Of a stretch of 32,000 nucleotides of DNA, positions 9,328 through 17,504 are shown piece by piece (the stretch's first letter is position 1; each line of letters opens with the position of its first letter). The DNA comes from Promethearchaeia archaeon (GTDB taxonomy: Archaea; Asgardarchaeota; Lokiarchaeia; Sigyniarchaeales; SOKP01): contig JAWOFX010000088.1 of the NCBI GenBank assembly GCA_046497275.1, forward strand, positions 100,236 through 132,235, given 5' to 3'. The translations under genes and the position numbers were made by a program. The notes below the pieces were generated by a model. It saw only the letters and a list, made by a program, of their open reading frames with translations, did no database searches and was not told where the DNA came from.

Positions 9328-9430
9328 AGCCCGGTGGTGTAGCGGCCAAGCATCTGGGGCCTTGAAGATGCTTTAATTCCTAAGGCTTTAGGGACACCCC
9401 GTGACCACGGTTCGAATCCGTGCCGGGCTA
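9328..9430 (+). tRNA. tRNA-Gln(UUG) with a 30-nt intron at the canonical 37/38 position (9366-9395)
   Basis: Acceptor stem AGCCCGG/CCGGGCT with an A1-U72 pair and discriminator A; D arm GTGT-AGCGGCCAA-GCAT; anticodon stem TGGGG/CCCCG; T arm CACGG-TTCGAAT-CCGTG. BHB central helix CCTT(9360-9363):AGGG(9390-9393). Mature length 73 nt; CCA not encoded. Confidence 0.88.
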
Positions 9431-9543
9431 TCTATATTTTCTTTACTGAAGTTTTTCTTATAAAAGTCTTATTCTTGAGTTATGGAAATTTATTTATTAA
9501 AACCATTTCGATAAATTGAAAAAAAAATAATAATTATGAAAAC

Positions 9544-9601
9544 AAAAAGCAGAATTTAATTATAAAAAAATAATATTTATCACAATTAAAAAGCAGAATT
9601 T
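9544..9601 (+). repeat. 14-bp direct repeat AAAAAGCAGAATTT (9544-9557 and 9588-9601)
   Basis: Two exact copies 44 nt apart; the second ends 1 nt before the ATG at 9603. Confidence 0.7.
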
Positions 9602-9602
9602 T

Positions 9603-10697
9603 ATGAGTCTTTCTGGAAAAAAAATTTGGGTTGATATAGAACAACCGAAGGCAGCAATAATGCTTTATTCTCTCATAAAGCAGTTTGAGTATGATGAGAT
9701 TGATTTACTTATAACTGCTCGAGATTATGATTCCACATACCAAATCCTGGATGATCATGAGATAAAATATATTAAAGTTGGAAAGCATGGCGGTGCCAAC
9801 TTAGAAAATAAATTAAAAGCACATATTGATCGATTAAGTGATTTATTTCCTCATGTTATTCGATTCAATCCGGATTATTTTGTAAACTTTATGTCTGTAG
9901 AGGGTATCCGAATAGCTTATGGATTAAAAATACCCTCTATAGGCTTCAATGATGAGCCGAGAAATGTACCTGTATGTAAATTAATTTTCCCTTTCATTGA
10001 TAATGTAATTACTCCAGAGTGTATTCCTAAAGAGGCATATGTTGAACTATATGCCGATCCAAAGAAGATAATAAGATATAAAGGGATTGATGAGATTGCT
10101 TGGCTTTCAGATTTCAAACCAAATCCAAAAATTTTAGAGGATTATGATTTAAAAAAAGGAGAATATGTAATAATGCGAAGTGAACCATCTGCAGCCTGTT
10201 ATTTTATAGATAAGTTGAAACCAGATGAAACTTTATTAAGTGAAATCTTCCCGCCAATACATAAAAAATTCCCTAATCACAAATATTTTCTCTTAGCAAG
10301 AAATAGGAATCAGGAGGATTATTTACACAATAAATTAAAAAAATACAAGGATAATCCAAATTTAGTCATAACTCGTTATTTACCACATTTAGATGATTTT
10401 TGTTTTTATAGTGGGCTAGTTATTAGTGGAGGAGGAACAATAGTTAGAGAGTCCAGTTTGCTGAGCGTTCCAAGTATAGAATTCTTTCCCGGACCAACAG
10501 CTCCACAAGAAATGTTTTTAAAAAATAATGGCTTTCCTTTAGAACATATCGAAGAATTAGATAGAATTATAAAAAGATCCATTTATGTTCTTAAAGAGGG
10601 TTTTGATACTACGAGAATCAAAAATTTTAAAAACAGAGTTAAGCAATTTGAAAATCCTATAAAAATTTGTTATAATTATGTTAGAATAAATATTTAA
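9603..10697 (+). CDS. DUF354-like protein (predicted GT-B fold glycosyltransferase)
   Basis: KIWVDIEQPK, LLITARDYD, VGKHGGANLENKL, IGFNDEP, VISGGGTIVRESSLLSVPSIEFFPG. Confidence 0.8.
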   Translation: MSLSGKKIWVDIEQPKAAIMLYSLIKQFEYDEIDLLITARDYDSTYQILDDHEIKYIKVGKHGGANLENKLKAHIDRLSDLFPHVIRFNPDYFVNFMSVEGIRIAYGLKIPSIGFNDEPRNVPVCKLIFPFIDNVITPECIPKEAYVELYADPKKIIRYKGIDEIAWLSDFKPNPKILEDYDLKKGEYVIMRSEPSAACYFIDKLKPDETLLSEIFPPIHKKFPNHKYFLLARNRNQEDYLHNKLKKYKDNPNLVITRYLPHLDDFCFYSGLVISGGGTIVRESSLLSVPSIEFFPGPTAPQEMFLKNNGFPLEHIEELDRIIKRSIYVLKEGFDTTRIKNFKNRVKQFENPIKICYNYVRINI

Positions 10698-10720
10698 TTA
10701 AAAAATTCAAATCTATAAAA

Positions 10721-12085
10721 ATGGAATCTCCAACAGACATTCAATGGGACTTTTTTAGCATCCTTTTTCTCTTATTTTCAGCGACTATAGGATTTATCAT
10801 AACATATTTAATTATGCCACATTTAATCAGATACATGAAAAAGAAAGGTTTTATGGGAATTGATATCCATAAAAATTCCAAACCAGAAGTTGCTGAATCC
10901 GGAGGGTTGGGGATGCTAATAGGATTCATTGCATCATCAACTTTTTTATATCTCGTTTTTCCTCTGTATAGAAATATCATTTTAATTGTCCAAATGACAC
11001 TTATTATTGCAGGGGTTATTGGATTTATTGACGATAGAATTAGATTGAGAACCCGCTATAAATTATTATTAACTCTTAGTCTTGGAATTATAATTTTCCT
11101 CTCTAACTATTTAGAATTTATAAATATTAAAAATCCAGTGCTTCCAATTTTAAGCCAGTTAAGACTTAATTTAATTTATCCAATTTTAATTCCTTTAGTG
11201 GTAACAGTATTCGCAAATACTGTTAATATGTTAGAGGGATATAATGGAGAAGGATCTGGTACAAGTATCATCTCTATTGCTTTTCTATTAATATGCAGTT
11301 TAATTTGGAATACAATGGAAGGTTTAATGTTTTCTCTGATTTCTCTTTCGGTTATAATACCATTTTATTTTTTCAATAAGTATCCGGCAAAAGTCTTTCC
11401 AGGTGATGTTGGAACACTCTCTATGGGTGTTATGATAGCAAGTATCGCTCTTTTTGGTGGCTTACTGCCTGCGGCATTCTGTACACTTTTAACTCATGTA
11501 TTTAACAGTTTTTATTATATATCTTCTGTAAGAGGGTTTTTTGAGAGTGAGAAAATTCATGAATTAAGAGATGATATTATCTTACTTGGAGATGATAAAA
11601 TTAAGCCCTCGGAGGAAAAAGAAGCTCTTCTCACCATGCCACGTCTTATTTTAGTCAAAGGTCCTTTAACTGAATCTAAATTGGTTAAAAATCTCTTCCT
11701 AATATCACTTATTAGCGGTTTTTTAGGAATTATAACCACTTTTCTTATGTGTTGGACTATAGGAGAAATCAATATCCTTTATCTTCTAACCTTTTCCATA
11801 CCATGTTTTATTATGATTGGATTATTAGTATTTTTCTTTCCAAGAATTAGAGATATTGCTCTTCAGATGATAATATTATATTTTATCGGAATTATAATAT
11901 TGTATCTTATAGATTTTCTAATAGTTCCAATTCAAATAACTGTAGATTTATATTTTATTAAAATACCCGTAAATATTTTACTTTCAATACTTATAATTAT
12001 TCCAGGATTAATTTTATGGTACATAATAACTATTTTTTACGTGAATAGGAAATTAACTTTAAATAATAAATCAATTCAAAAATAA
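10721..12085 (+). CDS. UDP-GlcNAc:polyprenyl-phosphate GlcNAc-1-phosphotransferase (GPT/AglH/DPAGT1-like, MraY/WecA superfamily) with extra C-terminal TM helices
   Basis: GIDIHK...VAESGG, GFIDD, FANTVNMLEGYNG, FNKYPAKVFPGDVGT; polytopic membrane protein. Confidence 0.88.
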   Translation: MESPTDIQWDFFSILFLLFSATIGFIITYLIMPHLIRYMKKKGFMGIDIHKNSKPEVAESGGLGMLIGFIASSTFLYLVFPLYRNIILIVQMTLIIAGVIGFIDDRIRLRTRYKLLLTLSLGIIIFLSNYLEFINIKNPVLPILSQLRLNLIYPILIPLVVTVFANTVNMLEGYNGEGSGTSIISIAFLLICSLIWNTMEGLMFSLISLSVIIPFYFFNKYPAKVFPGDVGTLSMGVMIASIALFGGLLPAAFCTLLTHVFNSFYYISSVRGFFESEKIHELRDDIILLGDDKIKPSEEKEALLTMPRLILVKGPLTESKLVKNLFLISLISGFLGIITTFLMCWTIGEINILYLLTFSIPCFIMIGLLVFFFPRIRDIALQMIILYFIGIIILYLIDFLIVPIQITVDLYFIKIPVNILLSILIIIPGLILWYIITIFYVNRKLTLNNKSIQK

Positions 12086-12144
12086 AAGGGATTTATATCA
12101 AAGGATATAGAAATCTATTAATTGCTACAAAATAGGAGATTCAT

Positions 12145-14619
12145 CTGAAAACGAAGTTTCGAATCATCACTTTTATTTCTTATTTATTTATATCGCTAAT
12201 TCTATTTTTTTTCTTTATTTTATTTTATTCCGTTGATCTTTTTAACATCTTGACAGATTGGTCTTTTTTTATTACCATTGTTTTCTATATAATAAGCTTA
12301 GAAGAGTTCTATGTGTATGTAAAGAATGGTCAGAGAAGTGAACTTTCTGATATTGTTGCGATTATTTTTTTCTTCTTTTTAATCTATTTTTTAACGAAAG
12401 ATCTTCTGACCTCTTTAATGGGTTCTTTTTCCATTTATCTTTGGGTTGGAGTTGCTGAATTAAAGGAATATCCTGTAATAAACAAGATTTTGGTAATTTC
12501 TTTAGTGACTTACAATATAATTTTCGTTTCTGGATTAATTTCAAAATTTTTAAATAATCCTATTGTTTTAAATACTTCTTTTTCCTTTTCCTTTTGGATA
12601 ATTTTGATTTTAGGATTTATTTTATTCGGACGAAAATATATTGTCGTTTGGAGATTTATGAGTCCCCAATATCTAACGCTTTTTCTCTATATTCTCGGCT
12701 GGATTGGTGTAGTATTCATAAATCAATATACTCCCATCGATTTTCTTCAATATATTTATATTATTCTAATTCTCATGAATGTATTGATTTATTTCTTTTC
12801 TGGATTTTTATTGGATAAACTTCTGGGTATTAAGAGAATAAATAATGAAAAAATTAATTCCATCGTTAATGAAGTAAAAAAAAATATTGGAATTAATAGT
12901 AATGTTAAAATAGGGCTTGGAAAATATCCCATTGTGAACGCAATGGCCTACGGGCCTTTTTTAGACAAGAGGATTGCGATTATTGCTGAAGATCTTGAAA
13001 AAATTCCAGAAGATGAGATAAAGGGAATTATTGCTCATGAATTAGCCCATACCAAAGCTAATCATACTTTAATATTAGGGTTTATAACTATATTCGATTT
13101 AATTATAAGAGGAATTATTGGATTTCCAGCAACTTATTACGATTACACATTTGGTAATCCTCAAATCCCATTCATCTTTTTTCTCGTGATTAATTTTGGA
13201 GTCTATATATTTTTATATTTTTTCGTAAGAATTTTAGAAGGTTTTGCAGATAGGATTGCTAAGAATTCAGGTTATGGGCAAGAACTTGTAAAAGCTCTCT
13301 ATAATTTAGAGAGTTTTTATGCTTCAGGCAGAGAAATTGGATTAAATACTATGCTATTATGCGAAGAAAAAATCTCCAGAGAAAATAAGATATTAGATTA
13401 TATGGAAACGGCTCAATATCTCAATAATTCAATTATAAAACCGTCTAAAATCTCTCTTCTTGGGAATTTCCTTAACTCGCATCCCCCGACTTATCATAGA
13501 GTTATAGCAATTTTAAGCGATGAGATAAGTCCTTATAAAGAAACCTTGTTACCTCTAATGCATCTAAGATCTAAAAATCAGAAAAAATTTGCTCAACAAT
13601 ATAATAAAACAAGAAAAAAATTCAAAGAAATCACAAATCAAAAATTCAAAGAGATGTTTAATATCGAAGATATATCTAAATTTCTTAGTACTTTGGAACT
13701 TAGAGAAAAACACAAACATGAACTTTTCAAAAATTATCTATTCAAAAATCTTATTACAGGAAAATATATCTATGGGCAAGTAAGAGATATTAAGTTTGAA
13801 AATGATATCAATAATTTCTTCTATGAAATTTTCAATCACGAAACAATGATAATTGAAAATTTAAACTCTTCGCACTATACGAAAAAAGAAGTTAATGTCG
13901 GTGATCATTATATTTTTTCAAAAAAAAAATTATTGAAGCTAAAAAGGATTCAATTTGATGAGGACTATAATAATGGATTTTATTATTTCTCAGATAAATA
14001 TAATCTTGAAATTAAAAAGGCTATTAAAAAAACCAAAATACCGTTCTCGGTAGAAAATCTCCAAAATTTTGTCGGTAATGAAGTATTTTTTAAAAAAAGA
14101 GGAGTATTAGAAATAGCCCACTGCACCTCTCTTTATGAAAAAGAAGAAAAATTAGAGGAATATGTGATAAAATTAAAAAACTCTTTTCATGATATTGAAG
14201 GATATGAAACTACGGCTTTAAAATTAAAAGAATTACTTATTAAACCTAAAAATATTCAATTTGAAATTAAGAAAAATGAACAAAATAAGGATGATACCAG
14301 AAAAATTTTAAACTGGATATTGAAAAATCAAATTAGAACGTATTTTTATTTGAAAAAACCTGTAAATAACTTAGAAATTGGTTATCTTCAAAATATTTTT
14401 CATAATTCAGAACAAGAAAAACAAATGAAAAAATTTCCATTATTTATAGAAATAAGAACAATTTTTAACGAATTTAAAAAAATAAATTTGGAAATAATTG
14501 AATTTGTAAGCTTTGCATTCAATACTGGAATTATTCAACTGAAATCTGAAATAAGCCTCTTTTCAAAAATTGGATATCATCTCTTAAAAAAAATAAAACC
14601 ACAAAAGATCTATATATAG
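12145..14619 (+). CDS. M48 family (HtpX/Ste24-like) membrane zinc metalloprotease with a long soluble C-terminal extension
   Basis: VNAMAYG, IIAHELAH (HExxH), EGFADR, NSHPPTYHRV. The track starts at TTG 12250, but the frame is open back to the TAG at 12133-12135; CTG 12145 after AGGAGA adds a TM helix. Confidence 0.85.
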   Translation: MKTKFRIITFISYLFISLILFFFFILFYSVDLFNILTDWSFFITIVFYIISLEEFYVYVKNGQRSELSDIVAIIFFFFLIYFLTKDLLTSLMGSFSIYLWVGVAELKEYPVINKILVISLVTYNIIFVSGLISKFLNNPIVLNTSFSFSFWIILILGFILFGRKYIVVWRFMSPQYLTLFLYILGWIGVVFINQYTPIDFLQYIYIILILMNVLIYFFSGFLLDKLLGIKRINNEKINSIVNEVKKNIGINSNVKIGLGKYPIVNAMAYGPFLDKRIAIIAEDLEKIPEDEIKGIIAHELAHTKANHTLILGFITIFDLIIRGIIGFPATYYDYTFGNPQIPFIFFLVINFGVYIFLYFFVRILEGFADRIAKNSGYGQELVKALYNLESFYASGREIGLNTMLLCEEKISRENKILDYMETAQYLNNSIIKPSKISLLGNFLNSHPPTYHRVIAILSDEISPYKETLLPLMHLRSKNQKKFAQQYNKTRKKFKEITNQKFKEMFNIEDISKFLSTLELREKHKHELFKNYLFKNLITGKYIYGQVRDIKFENDINNFFYEIFNHETMIIENLNSSHYTKKEVNVGDHYIFSKKKLLKLKRIQFDEDYNNGFYYFSDKYNLEIKKAIKKTKIPFSVENLQNFVGNEVFFKKRGVLEIAHCTSLYEKEEKLEEYVIKLKNSFHDIEGYETTALKLKELLIKPKNIQFEIKKNEQNKDDTRKILNWILKNQIRTYFYLKKPVNNLEIGYLQNIFHNSEQEKQMKKFPLFIEIRTIFNEFKKINLEIIEFVSFAFNTGIIQLKSEISLFSKIGYHLLKKIKPQKIYI

Positions 14620-14658
14620 CAATAAAATTTAATTTCAATAGTTTTTTTTAAAAGTTAC

Positions 14659-15612
14659 ATGTTAGAACGGATACACCATTTAATAAATCTCATAAGAGTA
14701 AGACAATATTACAAAAACGTTTTAGTCTTTGTTGGATTGTTCTTTAGTGTTAATTTATTTACTGTTGAATATTGGTATCCGTTAATTATTGGATTTATTT
14801 TACTCTGTCTAACCTCCTCCGTCAATTATATTGTAAATGATATAGTAGATATTGAAAGTGATAAGAAACATCCTGATAAGTTAAAAAAAAAACCTCTCGC
14901 ATCCGGAGATTTATCTATTTCTTTTGCGGTTGGTTTATTGATATTAATCGTTTTTATAATTATAATTAGTTTATTATTTATTGTTCCAAATATCCCTTTC
15001 GCTATTTTATTACTTTTAATAATTTTTACCGGTCAACTTTATAATCATTTTTTTAAAAGATATGCTTTTATTGATATTTTATCTCTATCAACAGGATATT
15101 TATGGAGAGCCTTGGCTGGCTGCGTATTGATTAATCAATTTATTTCCGCATGGTTATTTCTTTCCATATTTGAACTTGCTCTTTTTTTAGTAATTTCAAA
15201 AAGAAAAGGAGATCTTATGATATTGGGGAGTAAAGAAGATGCGGTAAAACATAAAAAGGTGTATAATCAATATTCGATAAAATTGTTAGATCAATTTCAC
15301 GTAATAACTGCTGGCTCTATTTTTATGACTTATAGCCTTTATTTAATTTTCAAGTTCGAATTATTTACTGAGGGTGAGTTTAATCCAAATGAATATATAA
15401 CAATCCTTACAATTCCAATTATTCTTTTTATATTAATGCGTTATATGTATCTTACATCAGCAAAACCCGAGCTAGCAAGAAACATTGAGAAAGCACTTTT
15501 TGATAAAGGTATCTTAATAGCAGGAATATTTTTAGGAGCAATTTTATTATATTCATTTTATTTTGAACAAATTATAGAAATTCTAAACCTTATTTTTAAT
15601 TTAAATCTTTAA
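14659..15612 (+). CDS. UbiA-family polyprenyl-phosphate phosphoribosyltransferase (DPPR synthase-like)
   Basis: RVRQYYKNVLVF, NYIVNDIVDIESDKKHP..KKKPLASG, KRYAFIDIL, SKRKGDL, KVYNQYS..LLDQ, TYSLY: the pattern of the Rv3806c-like subfamily rather than DGGGP synthase. Confidence 0.82.
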   Translation: MLERIHHLINLIRVRQYYKNVLVFVGLFFSVNLFTVEYWYPLIIGFILLCLTSSVNYIVNDIVDIESDKKHPDKLKKKPLASGDLSISFAVGLLILIVFIIIISLLFIVPNIPFAILLLLIIFTGQLYNHFFKRYAFIDILSLSTGYLWRALAGCVLINQFISAWLFLSIFELALFLVISKRKGDLMILGSKEDAVKHKKVYNQYSIKLLDQFHVITAGSIFMTYSLYLIFKFELFTEGEFNPNEYITILTIPIILFILMRYMYLTSAKPELARNIEKALFDKGILIAGIFLGAILLYSFYFEQIIEILNLIFNLNL

Positions 15613-15635
15613 AAAAATAATAATTAAAAAAAAAA

Positions 15636-16322
15636 TTGACAAATATCCGATTAGATCTCCATGTTCATACAACATTTTCGGTCGATTCTTTAATTCCCCC
15701 TCAAAAATTAATAAAATATGCCATAAATAAAGGCTTAGATGGCTTAGCAATATGTGATCATAACACAATTAAAGCTTATGATAAGTTAAAAAGAAATGCT
15801 GAAGAGAATGATTTTTTATTAATACCTGGAATGGAGATTGAAACAAAAGTCGGGGAAGTAATCGGGCTTTTTATTGAAAATGAAATTAATACAAATAATA
15901 AGGATTTTTTTGAAATTGTCCATCAAATTAGGGATTGTAATGGTCTAGTGATCATTCCTCATCCATTTGATTTTTTAAGACGAAATCATCTAAAAACAGA
16001 TCTATTAAGCGACAAAATTATACAAAAATATATCGATGGTGTAGAAATCATCAATTCTCGAATAATTTTTAATTATTGCATCAAAAAAGCTCTAAAATTT
16101 AAAAATAAATATAATTTATTTGAAACAGCTGGTTCCGATGCTCATTATTACAAAGAAATTGGAAATGGTTTCACTTTAATAAAAAATTTTGATGGAAATT
16201 CACTTGATGAGGTTAAGAAGGCTTTATTATCTAAAAAATCAAAAAGTTTGGGTAAAAGATCTTCCCCTCTTTATCATATGATAACTGTATTAAATAAATT
16301 AAAAATGAGACAATACTTTTAA
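15636..16322 (+). CDS. PHP-family metal-dependent phosphoesterase (COG0613-like)
   Basis: DLHVHT, AICDHN, PGMEI, IIPHPFD, GVEIINSR, AGSDAH. TTG start. Confidence 0.9.
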   Translation: MTNIRLDLHVHTTFSVDSLIPPQKLIKYAINKGLDGLAICDHNTIKAYDKLKRNAEENDFLLIPGMEIETKVGEVIGLFIENEINTNNKDFFEIVHQIRDCNGLVIIPHPFDFLRRNHLKTDLLSDKIIQKYIDGVEIINSRIIFNYCIKKALKFKNKYNLFETAGSDAHYYKEIGNGFTLIKNFDGNSLDEVKKALLSKKSKSLGKRSSPLYHMITVLNKLKMRQYF

Positions 16323-16328
16323 AAAATA

Positions 16329-17486
16329 ATGAGTTCATCTAAAAATCCCAAAATTTTTGTTGTTAAAACAAAACCAGAAACGGTTTTACAAGATTATCAA
16401 CGCCTTATGCATATGGCGAATTATATAGATCATTTTTCTAAAGAACAAAAGATTTTGCTGAAATTAAATTTGAGTTGGTCGAAGTTTTTTCCCGCTTGTT
16501 CGAGTCCTCCATGGCAATTGGAAGGAGTTTTAAAAACGATGGTTGGTGACGGGTTTAACCCCCGAAATTTGTTTACTTGCGAGAATAGAACAGTTGTCAC
16601 TAATATCGCACGTGGGTTGAGGGGGAATCGTTGGGCACCCATCATAAAAGAGTATGGCGTTTGGTTTGTGCCATTAACACGGGTTCCTTTTGTCCCTTAT
16701 GAATCTCTCCGAGATGAGTTTCTTACATTAAAGAATAAAGAACTTCATGCATTGGATTCAAAAATTTTTCCCGATGGATTTAGCATTCCTAAATTCTATC
16801 TGAATAAGCCGATCATTCATATGCCAACCATAAAAACTCATGGGCATACAGGAGTAAAAAAAGGGAATAGGAGACAGGGTCTTACTTGCTGTATGAAAAA
16901 CGCATTTGGAGGATTACTTACTAAAAGAAGGCACTTTTCTCATCAATTTATGTCAGAAGTACTCGTAGATCTATTAATCATTCAGAAACAAATTCATCCA
17001 GAAATCATGGGTATTGTTGACGGGACTGTATGCGGGGATGGTGCTGGTCCACGTACGATGATTCCGAGAATTAAAAATTATTTACTCGGGGGTTACGATC
17101 AAGTTGCAGTTGATTCCGTGGTAGCAAAAATGCTTGGTTTTGAACCATTAAAGTTGCCCGCAATTAAATTAGCCCATGACGAAGGTCTTGGGTGTGGTGA
17201 TTTTGATCAAATAGAAATAATAGGTGAAGATATATCCAATGTTAATTGGAATTTTACTTTGAAACGGAGCTTGGTTATTTGGGGAGATCAAATGGTTAGA
17301 AAAGGACCTTTGAGTTTTTTACACCCTCTCTTTCATAATAGGTTATTTATGGCACTCCCTATACTTGGAAGCCTAGTTTTTCATGATATGTTCTGGTATC
17401 CAACAATAGGAAAACAGAGAATCAAAAAATTTATGACTACAAAATGGGGGAAATTATTTCAAGAATATCCGGCTGATTCAGATTAG
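16329..17486 (+). CDS. DUF362 family protein
   Basis: LLKLNLSW, IIHMPTIKTH, MKNAFGGL, IVDGTVCGDGAGP, DQVAVDSVVAKMLGF, AHDEGLG. Confidence 0.8.
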   Translation: MSSSKNPKIFVVKTKPETVLQDYQRLMHMANYIDHFSKEQKILLKLNLSWSKFFPACSSPPWQLEGVLKTMVGDGFNPRNLFTCENRTVVTNIARGLRGNRWAPIIKEYGVWFVPLTRVPFVPYESLRDEFLTLKNKELHALDSKIFPDGFSIPKFYLNKPIIHMPTIKTHGHTGVKKGNRRQGLTCCMKNAFGGLLTKRRHFSHQFMSEVLVDLLIIQKQIHPEIMGIVDGTVCGDGAGPRTMIPRIKNYLLGGYDQVAVDSVVAKMLGFEPLKLPAIKLAHDEGLGCGDFDQIEIIGEDISNVNWNFTLKRSLVIWGDQMVRKGPLSFLHPLFHNRLFMALPILGSLVFHDMFWYPTIGKQRIKKFMTTKWGKLFQEYPADSD

Positions 17487-17504
17487 AAAAATATAAAAGA
17501 GAGA

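Noticed and set aside
9356-9400. Reading the tRNA as Ser(UGA) or as a UUA suppressor
   Set aside because: Ser needs a long variable arm and this register gives a C31-A39 mismatch; the CTTTAG in the intron is not flanked by a usable anticodon stem. A1-U72 and the D-loop fit Gln.
9328-9430. tRNA as an integration site of a mobile element
   Set aside because: I saw no duplicate of the tRNA 3' end and no integrase in the window; flanking genes look like core functions.
5606-11772. Short ORFs at 5606, 6410, 7406, 8368, 9045, 9917, 10741 and 11557
   Set aside because: Each lies wholly within a well-supported gene on the opposite strand.
12136-12170. GAAA...TTTC mini-hairpin as a possible SECIS element
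   Set aside because: The stem is very short, the upstream gene ends in TAA with no in-frame TGA readthrough candidate, and the stretch is better explained as the M48 N-terminal coding region.
12362-13783. ORFs 12362-12544 (-), 12594-12818 (+) and 13589-13783 (+)
   Set aside because: Alternative-frame or antisense ORFs inside the M48 gene.
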